The translations under genes were made by a program, and so were the position numbers. The notes beneath the pieces were generated by a model that was not told the origin of the DNA, ran no database searches, and was given only the letters and a program-made list of their open reading frames with translations. From Nitrospinaceae bacterium (GTDB taxonomy: Bacteria > Nitrospinota > Nitrospinia > Nitrospinales > Nitrospinaceae): a DNA stretch of 64,000 bases. Positions 29,981 to 38,703 of this stretch are shown one piece after another (within the stretch, counting starts at the first letter, position 1; every line of letters starts with the position of its first letter). The stretch spans positions 768,001 through 832,000 of the forward strand of contig OZ245011.1 of assembly GCA_965223665.1 (NCBI GenBank), given 5' to 3'.

Positions 29981-30856
29981 TTACAAACTGCCTGAACCAT
30001 TAAGGGTTTTCATAATATTTAGGGTTGCTACCGATTTATTTAAAGTATAAAAGTGAATACCCGGAGCCCCCTGTTCAATTAGATCTCTACACTGTTGGGT
30101 CGCATGTCCAATTCCAATAGATTTTACCACTTCTGCATCATCCTTAGATTGATCAAGCTTATTCATTAAATATTTTGGTATTGAAGACCCACACATCTCC
30201 GTAAATCTTAATATTTGTTTAAAGTTTAAAATAGGCATTATACCAGCAATAACAGGTATATTTATTCCTCTAGCTTGAAGTTTCTCTACAAAATCGAAAT
30301 AATATTTATTATCAAAAAAAAGTTGCGTAACAATAAAATCTGCTCCTGCATCCACTTTCATTTTTAAATTATCTAAATCTTTTTCCTTGTTAGAGCACTC
30401 TACATGTCCCTCTGGATAACCGGCTACCCCAATGCAAAAATCAAAGGATTGTTTTATAAACTGGACCAATTCATTAGCAAATCCAAACCCATTTACTGGT
30501 TTTTCAAAATACTTTTCCCCTTTTGGGGGATCACCCCTGAGAGCTAAAATATTTTCGATACCTTTATCTTTAAGCGATTGCAAAATATCTTGAATCTCAT
30601 CCGCTGGACTTCCAACGCATGTCAAATGGGCCATACTTTCTAAACCAATTTCATGCTTAATTCGACCTACTAAATCAATGGTTTTGGTTCTTGTACTGCC
30701 TCCAGCTCCATAAGTAACAGAAATATAAGAAGGACTACATGGAGATAATTTTTCTATCGTTGAAAAAAGTTGTGAAAATCCCTTGTCATCTTTTGGAGGA
30801 AAAAACTCAAAAGAAAAGGACGGATTGGTTTTATCTAATATGTCTTTGATTTTCAT
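29981..30856 (-). CDS. metF: 5,10-methylenetetrahydrofolate reductase
   Basis: SFEFFPPK, SVTYGAGG, AHLTC, LALRGD, AGYPEGH, TQLFFD, HFYTLN. Confidence 0.96.
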   Translation of the reverse strand: MKIKDILDKTNPSFSFEFFPPKDDKGFSQLFSTIEKLSPCSPSYISVTYGAGGSTRTKTIDLVGRIKHEIGLESMAHLTCVGSPADEIQDILQSLKDKGIENILALRGDPPKGEKYFEKPVNGFGFANELVQFIKQSFDFCIGVAGYPEGHVECSNKEKDLDNLKMKVDAGADFIVTQLFFDNKYYFDFVEKLQARGINIPVIAGIMPILNFKQILRFTEMCGSSIPKYLMNKLDQSKDDAEVVKSIGIGHATQQCRDLIEQGAPGIHFYTLNKSVATLNIMKTLNGSGSL

Positions 30857-30932
30857 GGAGTTTTCAGTATATCACAAACATTTTTGAAATACATGTGACA
30901 CACTAATAATGCCATGAAATTATTTTCTTAAC

Positions 30933-31427
30933 TCAATAGATCTCGAATCTTTTTAAATAGCTCAGAAAAGCCTTTAAATCCACTAATTCAACAGGATCCT
31001 CATCAATGGCCTTAGCAGCATCAGAGGCAAAATACCCGGTTGTAATGATTATTCCTCTAGCGGCCCCCTCTCCTTTTACGGACTCTAAAAACCCTTTTAC
31101 CTTCATAGAGTCTACATAATTATTTGGTGGGTTAAAAATACATAACGCTAAATACTTACCACCCACTACAGGGGTTTCATCTTCCATATCTATCTCTAAT
31201 TCGTACTCATTTGCCCATATAGAATGTCGATATTCAAGATTAAATTTACTTAAAAACTCCAAACACTTTTCTTTAAATTCTTCGCTATCTAAAAGGTAGG
31301 ATGGTTTATCTTCAGGATTATCAAAATGAACTAGCTCGGGTGGGGCGGGTGGAGAGGTGGTCTTTAGAAAAAAGATCAAAACAAGACCAAAAATAAAAGC
31401 AATAAATGTTATGTAAAATATAGACAC
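30933..31427 (-). CDS. Membrane-anchored Mrr-like restriction-endonuclease-fold protein, probably inactive
   Basis: N-terminal TM; GAARGIIITTGYF..DA....VELVD is the Mrr_cat C-terminal pattern; ALCIF stands where VQCKR is expected. Confidence 0.65.
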   Translation of the reverse strand: MSIFYITFIAFIFGLVLIFFLKTTSPPAPPELVHFDNPEDKPSYLLDSEEFKEKCLEFLSKFNLEYRHSIWANEYELEIDMEDETPVVGGKYLALCIFNPPNNYVDSMKVKGFLESVKGEGAARGIIITTGYFASDAAKAIDEDPVELVDLKAFLSYLKRFEIY

Positions 31428-31610
31428 TTATTTTATCATTTCATCGTATATTTTTTCTTTCTTATTTTCTTTAATCAAGCGGTCATGTTTAATCATTTGT
31501 TTAATAGCAATCCAAAACCAAAAGGCAACAACAAATAACATACCGCCAATAGGCATATTATCCGGTTTTAAAGCAATTAACAAAAAATTCTCTAAACCTG
31601 AATTTTCCAT
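31428..31610 (-). CDS. Small membrane protein (60 aa)
   Basis: KPDNMPIGGMLFVVAFWFW TM segment; its stop abuts the next start; directly after the multiheme cytochrome. Confidence 0.75.
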   Translation of the reverse strand: MENSGLENFLLIALKPDNMPIGGMLFVVAFWFWIAIKQMIKHDRLIKENKKEKIYDEMIK

Positions 31611-31654
31611 GATTTATTTTCCAATTAGTTTAAAATCTTATTATCTAACCTAAG

Positions 31655-34387
31655 TTATTCTTCTTCCTCATCATCTTCTTCTTCGTCTTCAGCTTCTTCA
31701 TCATCAGAGGCTTCTTCTTCCATTTCCTCCTCACCATCACCTTCTGAAGATTCTTCTGCCTCTTCTTCCTCACCAAGGACAAGATCCGTATTAACCTCAG
31801 TGGAATTATATGTTGCTAAATAATCAGTGATAAACTTAACATGAGTATCAACATTCCCGGAATCTACCGATTCCAATTCTGAAAATTTAGTTGCTATTGT
31901 ATAATTTTCACCCTCTTTTGGCCAATGATTAGGCATCAGTGTCCATGGAATCATTTTTCGAGTATCTTTGAGCCATTTCGGGATCCAGTCTTCCCGTAAA
32001 CGCTCAGAGGCAATTTCAAATTCTATACCCTTAGCGCCATCATCATGACATTTGCCACAATCCATATAATTTACAATCTTAACTCCCATTTTCACATCAT
32101 CATCACTTTTCTTAAGATTCACACCTTTTTCATATGGATCTTTTAATTGAGATACGGCCTCAAAGTAAGCGGTTAATTCTCTAACCTCCTGATCAGAAAA
32201 TGAGAAAGTTGGCATTCTCACTTTCATCCATTTCCGTACAGGAGTTGGATTACGCAAGAAAGAATACAACCATGATGATTTAATACGTTCACCCACATGA
32301 TAATCTCCCATCTCCAGGGGTGGTGGGTATTGGGTTTTAGCTTTTAAATGTTCTTGAATATGTCCTCCCAACCCTTCAACAACATGACAGCCTTTACAGT
32401 TATAACGCTCTATTATTTTGCGACCCTTAATAATGGCCATTTCTTTTTCGCTATATTTCTTACGATATCTTTCTGGAATATTTACCCCATTAAACCCTTT
32501 TAAAAGGACCATGAGAGTATTCACCTGATCGTCAGTAAAATGGAAATTGGGCATTTTATCTAATATTCGTTCAGTGCGATAAGCGGATGGGTTTTTCAGT
32601 TTTGTGCGAGCCCAACTATCCCACGTATGAGGAATATGCGTATCCGCAAATTCTAATTCGCGCACTTGTTTATTTCCAAATGCGGATAGCTCCGGTCCAA
32701 TACGACCTTCCGCTTCCATGCCATTGATTTCATGACACCCAAAACAGCCCCGCTTGCGAACCAGTTTTTCACCTAACGCAATGACTGATGGTTTTTTAAG
32801 TTGACCAACTACTTCAGGCATATTTTGCGGTTTACCAAACTGAATCAAATAGGTAGCAATATCTCTGGCATCATCTAAGCTCAGCCTTAGATCAGGCATT
32901 TTACTTTTGGGATTATAATCATGTGGATTTTTAATCCATGAAATAAGCCAATTTGGATTTACCTTGTTACCAATATTACTCAAATCAGGAGCATGTAATT
33001 CCCCATTGCCATTTAATTTATGACACGCTTGACAACCCACACTTTCAAAAAGTTTTTTACCCTTTTTCTTATCGCCCGGTGTAAAAGTCTCGGACGGTTT
33101 AAATGCCTTATCAGATGCATTCAACAAAAATGCTGATATTGCAATTGCATGCTCATCACTTAAACTAAATTCTGGCATCATGGTTTTGGGTAGATAATCT
33201 CTAGGCTTCTTAACCCACCTAAATAACCAGCTTGGATCCACTTTGGAAGCAACTCTTCTTAAACTGGGGCCTACTTTCTTCTCTTGGGAATAACCATCCG
33301 CTAAGTGACAACCATGACAACCCACTTCAATAAACATTTTTTTCGCTTTGGTGAGTTCTGGGGCTCCTTTCAATTCAATTTGTGGTGCGTGACAATTCCT
33401 GCATAAGGATTGCTTTAAGTTTCCCTGCAGAAGCGGCTCATTGATTCCCACCGTTTGGTCCATTTCATGATGAGAACCATGGGCATGCTCAGTAGGAGCA
33501 GTAGCGGCACCTTGGCCTTTATGGCACCAGGTACACCCAGTTACGGTCGGGTCATGCTTATCAATATAAATTTCTTTATTAGGATGAGTTTTTAGTGGTT
33601 GGGGTTGGTTTTCAAAATAAGGGTCACCATATGAAATATGACAAGTTTGACATCGATCAACCTTATAAGTAATCTCAGCAAAGTTATTTTTACCATAAGC
33701 AGGAATTACAGTTTGGAGTATTTCAGCTGGCCTCCAAATAAAAGGAAATGGCTTGTAATAATCCATTCTTCCTTCAAGTATGATCTTTTCATTGGTTAAT
33801 TTAATTAATTCTTTATTTAATTCCTCTTGCCGGGACTTATATTTTAGTAATTTAGCCTCAGCCTCATCACGTTTTTTTGTTAATTTTTCAATGACAGGAT
33901 TATACTTTTCAATTTCATCTTCTGTCTGATTAACCTTGGCCAGTTGAACGTCAAAGTTTTTACCCTCGTGCATTGCTTTTTTATAATAGTAATAATATTC
34001 ATCCAATCGGCTTTTCGCAAATTTCTGCTCTTCAACAACCTCGTCTAAATGGATTTGAGCTTCCCAGGCCTCATCAGCTAAAATTTGGTACTCATCGCTT
34101 TCCTCCATCTTCCGTTCTTCTTCTTCGATGGCTCTGCGAATTTCTGATTCCTTGGCCCCAATTTTTTCGTTTATTTCCTTATATTCTTTTTCAGTTTTTT
34201 CATACTGTATTTCAAAATACTTTTCCTGAAAATCTTTAAAACCGCGACGCGCATACTCATCATCCCAAAATGCCCAAAGCGTCACAAATAAAGTTGCGCC
34301 GGAAATTAAGAAAAATAAGAAGCTATACGAAGTATGCTCGTCAAATTCACCTTCTTTAAAGGCGGGTTTTTTTTCTTCTTCTGTCAT
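31655..34387 (-). CDS. Membrane-anchored octaheme cytochrome c, putative c subunit of the Rieske/cyt b complex
   Basis: Eight CxxCH motifs (CQTCH, CTWCH, CRNCH, CHGCH, CQACH, CFGCH, CKGCH, CGKCH), N-terminal TM, long coiled coil, acidic tail. Confidence 0.9.
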   Translation of the reverse strand: MTEEEKKPAFKEGEFDEHTSYSFLFFLISGATLFVTLWAFWDDEYARRGFKDFQEKYFEIQYEKTEKEYKEINEKIGAKESEIRRAIEEEERKMEESDEYQILADEAWEAQIHLDEVVEEQKFAKSRLDEYYYYYKKAMHEGKNFDVQLAKVNQTEDEIEKYNPVIEKLTKKRDEAEAKLLKYKSRQEELNKELIKLTNEKIILEGRMDYYKPFPFIWRPAEILQTVIPAYGKNNFAEITYKVDRCQTCHISYGDPYFENQPQPLKTHPNKEIYIDKHDPTVTGCTWCHKGQGAATAPTEHAHGSHHEMDQTVGINEPLLQGNLKQSLCRNCHAPQIELKGAPELTKAKKMFIEVGCHGCHLADGYSQEKKVGPSLRRVASKVDPSWLFRWVKKPRDYLPKTMMPEFSLSDEHAIAISAFLLNASDKAFKPSETFTPGDKKKGKKLFESVGCQACHKLNGNGELHAPDLSNIGNKVNPNWLISWIKNPHDYNPKSKMPDLRLSLDDARDIATYLIQFGKPQNMPEVVGQLKKPSVIALGEKLVRKRGCFGCHEINGMEAEGRIGPELSAFGNKQVRELEFADTHIPHTWDSWARTKLKNPSAYRTERILDKMPNFHFTDDQVNTLMVLLKGFNGVNIPERYRKKYSEKEMAIIKGRKIIERYNCKGCHVVEGLGGHIQEHLKAKTQYPPPLEMGDYHVGERIKSSWLYSFLRNPTPVRKWMKVRMPTFSFSDQEVRELTAYFEAVSQLKDPYEKGVNLKKSDDDVKMGVKIVNYMDCGKCHDDGAKGIEFEIASERLREDWIPKWLKDTRKMIPWTLMPNHWPKEGENYTIATKFSELESVDSGNVDTHVKFITDYLATYNSTEVNTDLVLGEEEEAEESSEGDGEEEMEEEASDDEEAEDEEEDDEEEE

Positions 34388-34401
34388 TGAATAAAATTGA
34401 G

Positions 34402-35163
34402 TTAAAAATTAATCCAGGGGGTGACCCAAATGTATTTAATATTAAAGCCTAGACGCAAAACAATTTTTATTACTATCCCCAACATTATTAAAAGAAGCTG
34501 GATCTTTAAAAACATTCTAAGAAAACCAACACTTTTAAGAGCTTTTCTCTCCATGAAAAAATATACAGCAGTGCCAACAAAAAAGTATCCGCCAACAACC
34601 AGCCCCCCGACCAGCATTGCCATATTATAACTACGCACCCCTAATGCATAGGGAAGATCCACATTAACCAGTGCAACCACTTTATGAGGATCCCAATATT
34701 GCCAGGGCATAAATAAGTTCCAACCTGGCCCTCTTAAAAATACCCCCATAATAATTAGAGCAATCCAAAGAACTAGAAAACCAAAGGTGTAAACCCAAAT
34801 AGCAAGCTTTCTTTCTGTGTAGGTATAGTACCCGTTCCCCTTAGGATTAACATCCAAATAAGGGATTAACATTAACCCAACAATTATCAAAACAGGAGCC
34901 ACAACCCCAGCAAACCAAGGATCAAAATATACAAGGATGTCCTGCAAACCCAAAAAATACCAAGGAGCTTTTGAGGGGTTAGGGGTTTTAGTGGGATTAG
35001 CTGCTTCTTCGAGAGGAGCATCAATAACAATAGACCAAACAGTCAAAGCCACTATAACAATTAATGAGCATAAAAACTCAAGCCTGACCAAATAAGGCCA
35101 AACGTGGACTTTCTCAGGAACCGCTTCAATTTGTTTTTTTGCTGGCTTAGCTGTTGTAGCCAT
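34402..35163 (-). CDS. petD: Cytochrome b C-terminal part / subunit IV-like
   Basis: WP.LV, APLEEAANP..TPNPSKAPWYFLGLQ, IPYLD; several TM helices. Confidence 0.85.
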   Translation of the reverse strand: MATTAKPAKKQIEAVPEKVHVWPYLVRLEFLCSLIVIVALTVWSIVIDAPLEEAANPTKTPNPSKAPWYFLGLQDILVYFDPWFAGVVAPVLIIVGLMLIPYLDVNPKGNGYYTYTERKLAIWVYTFGFLVLWIALIIMGVFLRGPGWNLFMPWQYWDPHKVVALVNVDLPYALGVRSYNMAMLVGGLVVGGYFFVGTAVYFFMERKALKSVGFLRMFLKIQLLLIMLGIVIKIVLRLGFNIKYIWVTPWINF

Positions 35164-35207
35164 AAACTATCCTTTTAATTAATCCCTTTATTCAAAATTG
35201 AATATAA

Positions 35208-36038
35208 TTATAGAGGACCAGAAATCCCACCATCTTTTCGGATTCGCCAAAAATGAACTATCATTAGGGCACCGGCCACTAAGGGAATAAAAATGCAATG
35301 AAGAACATAAAACCTAAGCAATGCAGGAGGACCTACTAAACTTCCACCCAACAGCATGGACCTGGCATCGTACCTGGGAGAAACCCCAAAAACATATTCT
35401 GCAAAAGGACCTTCATGCCCTAAGAATGGGGTTGCCCGAGCCATATTAGTTCCAACCGTTACCGCCCACATAGCCAACTGATCCCAAGGCAATAAGTAAC
35501 CAGTAAAGCTAAGCAACAGGGTAAAGGTTACCAAAAACACACCTATTACCCAGTTAAATTCACGGGGTGGCTTATAAGACCCTGTTAAAAAAACACGAAA
35601 CATATGCAACCAAACAGTAATAACCATAGAATGTGCAGCCCATCTATGCATATTCCGCATTAACATTCCAAACGGCACATCATACTGCAAATATTTCATA
35701 TCAAAATAAGCATATTCACCCACAGGTCTGTAATAAAACATTAAAATCACACCAGTCACAACGGTTGAAAGGAATAATAAAAATGTAATCCCTCCCATAC
35801 ACCAGGTGAATTTAATTCTAAGAGCATGGCGATGAATTTTAACTGGATGCAAATGGAGCCATACGTTACTTGCTATTTGAAGAACGCGGTTCCTTGGAGT
35901 ATCGGCATATCCGTGGCGAAAACTGGAAGTCCAAACTTGGGATTCCGTAAACTTCTTCGCCATATCATTAAAAATCTTACCACTCTTGATGGACTCCATC
36001 AGTTCAGCAAGATTAGGAATATTAGATTTGTTGGCCAA
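35208..36038 (-). CDS. petB: Cytochrome b6-like (N-terminal cytochrome b)
   Basis: WCMGGIT, HRWAAH..V...[50 protein letters not shown]. Confidence 0.93.
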   Translation of the reverse strand: MANKSNIPNLAELMESIKSGKIFNDMAKKFTESQVWTSSFRHGYADTPRNRVLQIASNVWLHLHPVKIHRHALRIKFTWCMGGITFLLFLSTVVTGVILMFYYRPVGEYAYFDMKYLQYDVPFGMLMRNMHRWAAHSMVITVWLHMFRVFLTGSYKPPREFNWVIGVFLVTFTLLLSFTGYLLPWDQLAMWAVTVGTNMARATPFLGHEGPFAEYVFGVSPRYDARSMLLGGSLVGPPALLRFYVLHCIFIPLVAGALMIVHFWRIRKDGGISGPL

Positions 36039-36096
36039 GTTTCAAACTCCCTAAAGAATATTTAAAAAGAATATTTTGTCAAAAAACGCAAGTCTA

Positions 36097-36669
36097 TTAG
36101 GCCCTCAACAAGGAACCTGGTTTTTCCCACTCACCTTTTTCAAACAAAAACTTTTTGCTTTTATCAATAACAATTTGCCCGTCAGGCGCAATTTCAACTT
36201 TCAATCTTTCCAAAGGTCGAGGTGCAGGACCTTCAAAGTTAATTCCTTGTTTAGTGAAACCACTTCCATGGCATGGGCATTTATATTTACTTTCCGTTTT
36301 AAGCCAGAGCGGCGTGCAACCCAAATGCGTACATCGAGCTAAAATGGCATACAAACGATCTTCTTCTCTAACTACCCAAACTCTTTGATCATTAACCCAC
36401 TTTGTGCTTACTTCTCCCACGGTATAATCTTCAACTTTACCTGCTTTGAATTTTGGAGAAGGCTCAAAAAGAACACGAGGGAATAATAATCGGGTGAAAT
36501 ATACGGTAGATAAACCCAAAGAAGCCATAAAGCCAGCCCAACCAGCTAGTGAGAAAAAATCACGCCTGGAATACAGGTTATTTGGCTCTTCTTTAGGTTT
36601 TGATTTATCAGCAGGCTTTCCAGCTGGCTTTGCTCCAGCCGGTTTCTTCTCAGGTTTAGGATCGCTCAT
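36097..36669 (-). CDS. petC: Rieske [2Fe-2S] protein
   Basis: Tat-like SRRDFF plus TM, CTHLGC and CPCHGS, GPAPRPL. Confidence 0.93.
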   Translation of the reverse strand: MSDPKPEKKPAGAKPAGKPADKSKPKEEPNNLYSRRDFFSLAGWAGFMASLGLSTVYFTRLLFPRVLFEPSPKFKAGKVEDYTVGEVSTKWVNDQRVWVVREEDRLYAILARCTHLGCTPLWLKTESKYKCPCHGSGFTKQGINFEGPAPRPLERLKVEIAPDGQIVIDKSKKFLFEKGEWEKPGSLLRA

Positions 36670-36816
36670 TGTAAGTCCAAATATATCAAATACTTAGAAA
36701 CCAAAATCAAATAACAAAATTTCTAAAAAAAGATAATCTATCATAGAACAGAGGTTGGTTTTTAACATAATTAAATTTTTGAGTCAAGGCTTGATATTTC
36801 CTTAAAATTCCTTGAA

Positions 36817-38169
36817 TTATCGGGCTCCTGTTAACGATCTCAAGCAATCCTTTGCTGCTTCTTGAATGAGTCGAGAATATTGACCAAATCCACATGAAAT
36901 TTGCGATAAAACTTTTATTGAGCTTCCTCGCTTCAGAGCTAATAAAATTATGGTCATAAGTTCATGAGCTTGTGGCCCAGCGATTTGAGCCCCAATAATT
37001 TTTCGGGTTTCTCTATCCACCACAATTTTACAAATACCTTCAATTTTTTTATGCAGTTCCGAAACTTCAAGAGATTCATAACAGCTACGTCCTTCCACAC
37101 CTCTGTATCCTTTATGATGGGCTTCTTCCAAATTACTGCCCACACTACAAATCTCGGGATATGAAAATAACCGAAAAGGTACATGATCTAAATTAAGTAC
37201 GGACTCTTTTTTTAAAGCATTTTCCGCAGCCACATTCCCCTCCTCTTCTGAAAGTTCTGCAGAATGCTGATGACCCGTGACACTTCCCGCCGCAAAAATA
37301 CCAGGAAAAGATGTTTCCATTTTTTCATTAACCCAAATTTCATTATTTTTCCCTAACTCAAGAGAATTATTATTTAAGCCTATATTTTCACAGTTCCCTA
37401 AACGTTCGCACTCAAAAAGGACCTTATTCACAGAAAACTTTATGCCTCCATCCAAAGTTATATCTATTTCATTTTCTTTTTTCAGAATTGAAATAATCTT
37501 TTTATTCAACAAAGTTTTTATCTTTTGCTTTTTAAAATTACTTTCTAATATGTTAATTAATTCTGGATCTTTATCAGCTATCAATCGAGATTTTTCCTCA
37601 ACCAAAAAGACTTTTGCTCCTAAAATATTAAAAAGAGTGGAAACTTCCAAGCCAATTTTATTACCTCCAACCACCAAAAGGCTGACAGGGGTTTTTTCAA
37701 AATTTGAAAAAGCATCTGTAGTCTGGATATCTTTATCAAAAGGTATAGTAGCAATCGGTTTTGAAATTGATCCCGTACAAATAATAATATTTTTTGGTTT
37801 TACCAATTTTTTTTCTTGTGGCCCATCAATTTGAATTTGATTTTTTTCTATTAAAGATCCTTGACCCTCAAAAAAAGTAATTCCCAAATTTTCAATTTCA
37901 TTCTTCAAAGATAATGAAACATCAAGACCCATTTTTTTTCCAGAAGCAGACAAGTCAGATAAGGTCGGTAATGAATTCGCTGATGAGGTGTGATCTTGAA
38001 TAATAGATAGTAGATAACGAATAAAAAAAGTTCCATGGTTAAAACCAAAACCACCCAGTCGGTTCTTTTCTATAAGACAAACTCTAGCTCCTAATTCGGA
38101 AGCTCTCCTGGCAGCAGACATTCCGGCAGTACCACCACCAATCACTGCAATATCAAATTCCTGACTCAC
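36817..38169 (-). CDS. Dihydrolipoamide-dehydrogenase-like flavoprotein with a degenerate active site
   Basis: FAD motif IGGGTAG, IIICTGS, PEICSVG, IIGAQIAGPQAHEL; lacks CxxxxC and HPTxxE. GTG start with GAGG RBS. Confidence 0.8.
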   Translation of the reverse strand: MSQEFDIAVIGGGTAGMSAARRASELGARVCLIEKNRLGGFGFNHGTFFIRYLLSIIQDHTSSANSLPTLSDLSASGKKMGLDVSLSLKNEIENLGITFFEGQGSLIEKNQIQIDGPQEKKLVKPKNIIICTGSISKPIATIPFDKDIQTTDAFSNFEKTPVSLLVVGGNKIGLEVSTLFNILGAKVFLVEEKSRLIADKDPELINILESNFKKQKIKTLLNKKIISILKKENEIDITLDGGIKFSVNKVLFECERLGNCENIGLNNNSLELGKNNEIWVNEKMETSFPGIFAAGSVTGHQHSAELSEEEGNVAAENALKKESVLNLDHVPFRLFSYPEICSVGSNLEEAHHKGYRGVEGRSCYESLEVSELHKKIEGICKIVVDRETRKIIGAQIAGPQAHELMTIILLALKRGSSIKVLSQISCGFGQYSRLIQEAAKDCLRSLTGAR

Positions 38170-38248
38170 TCCTCACCTCAAATAAATGGATTTCATAAAG
38201 AGGTCATTACATCATAATTTTTAGGAAATAGGCAACTGCTACAAATTT

Positions 38249-38602
38249 TTAAAAACTTAGTGCAGCGACCACAACCAATAAGACGAGACCTACCGAAGAA
38301 ATTATTGCATGGAGAGTGACATTAAGTTTGCGGCTAAAAGGGACAGCAGAAAGAAAATACGCTAATACGGAGTAATTAAAAACAGTGGGACTTTCATATT
38401 TGCTGGAGACATAAATGAATAAAACAAATGCTCCAATACAAGCAAAATATACATATCGATGTATCTTATAACGCCGTTTTCGGATATCTGCGGGAAGCAT
38501 GCTTACCCCCACCAATATATTTCCGATGACAATAATAATTGTAGTTAATATGGCTATAAAGGCTGGATGGCTAAATAATTCACCTAAGGTGGTCACTTGC
38601 AT
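38249..38602 (-). CDS. Small integral membrane protein (about 4 TM)
   Basis: 117-aa hydrophobic ORF with His residues in or near TM segments (IHRY, LHAI). Confidence 0.7.
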   Translation of the reverse strand: MQVTTLGELFSHPAFIAILTTIIIVIGNILVGVSMLPADIRKRRYKIHRYVYFACIGAFVLFIYVSSKYESPTVFNYSVLAYFLSAVPFSRKLNVTLHAIISSVGLVLLVVVAALSF

Positions 38603-38703
38603 GGAAACATTAAAACCAGAAAAATTTAATTCCGATTTTTATACCCTAACACCGAATGGATTCCAAATTAATTTAAGCTTCTGAATTTGCAATAAGGTTT
38701 GAG

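Noticed and set aside
30857..30932. SAM or other riboswitch upstream of metF
   Set aside because: Only 76 AT-rich nt with no recognisable aptamer or stable stem.
30933..31427. Restriction or anti-phage defence system
   Set aside because: A single Mrr-like domain without the catalytic motif, with no methylase and no defence neighbours.
31655..31780. TCT/TCA trinucleotide-rich tract as a microsatellite
   Set aside because: It encodes the acidic tail of the cytochrome.
36817..38169. Calling this gene lpdA or sthA
   Set aside because: The catalytic Cys and His/Glu residues are absent, so neither symbol is supported.
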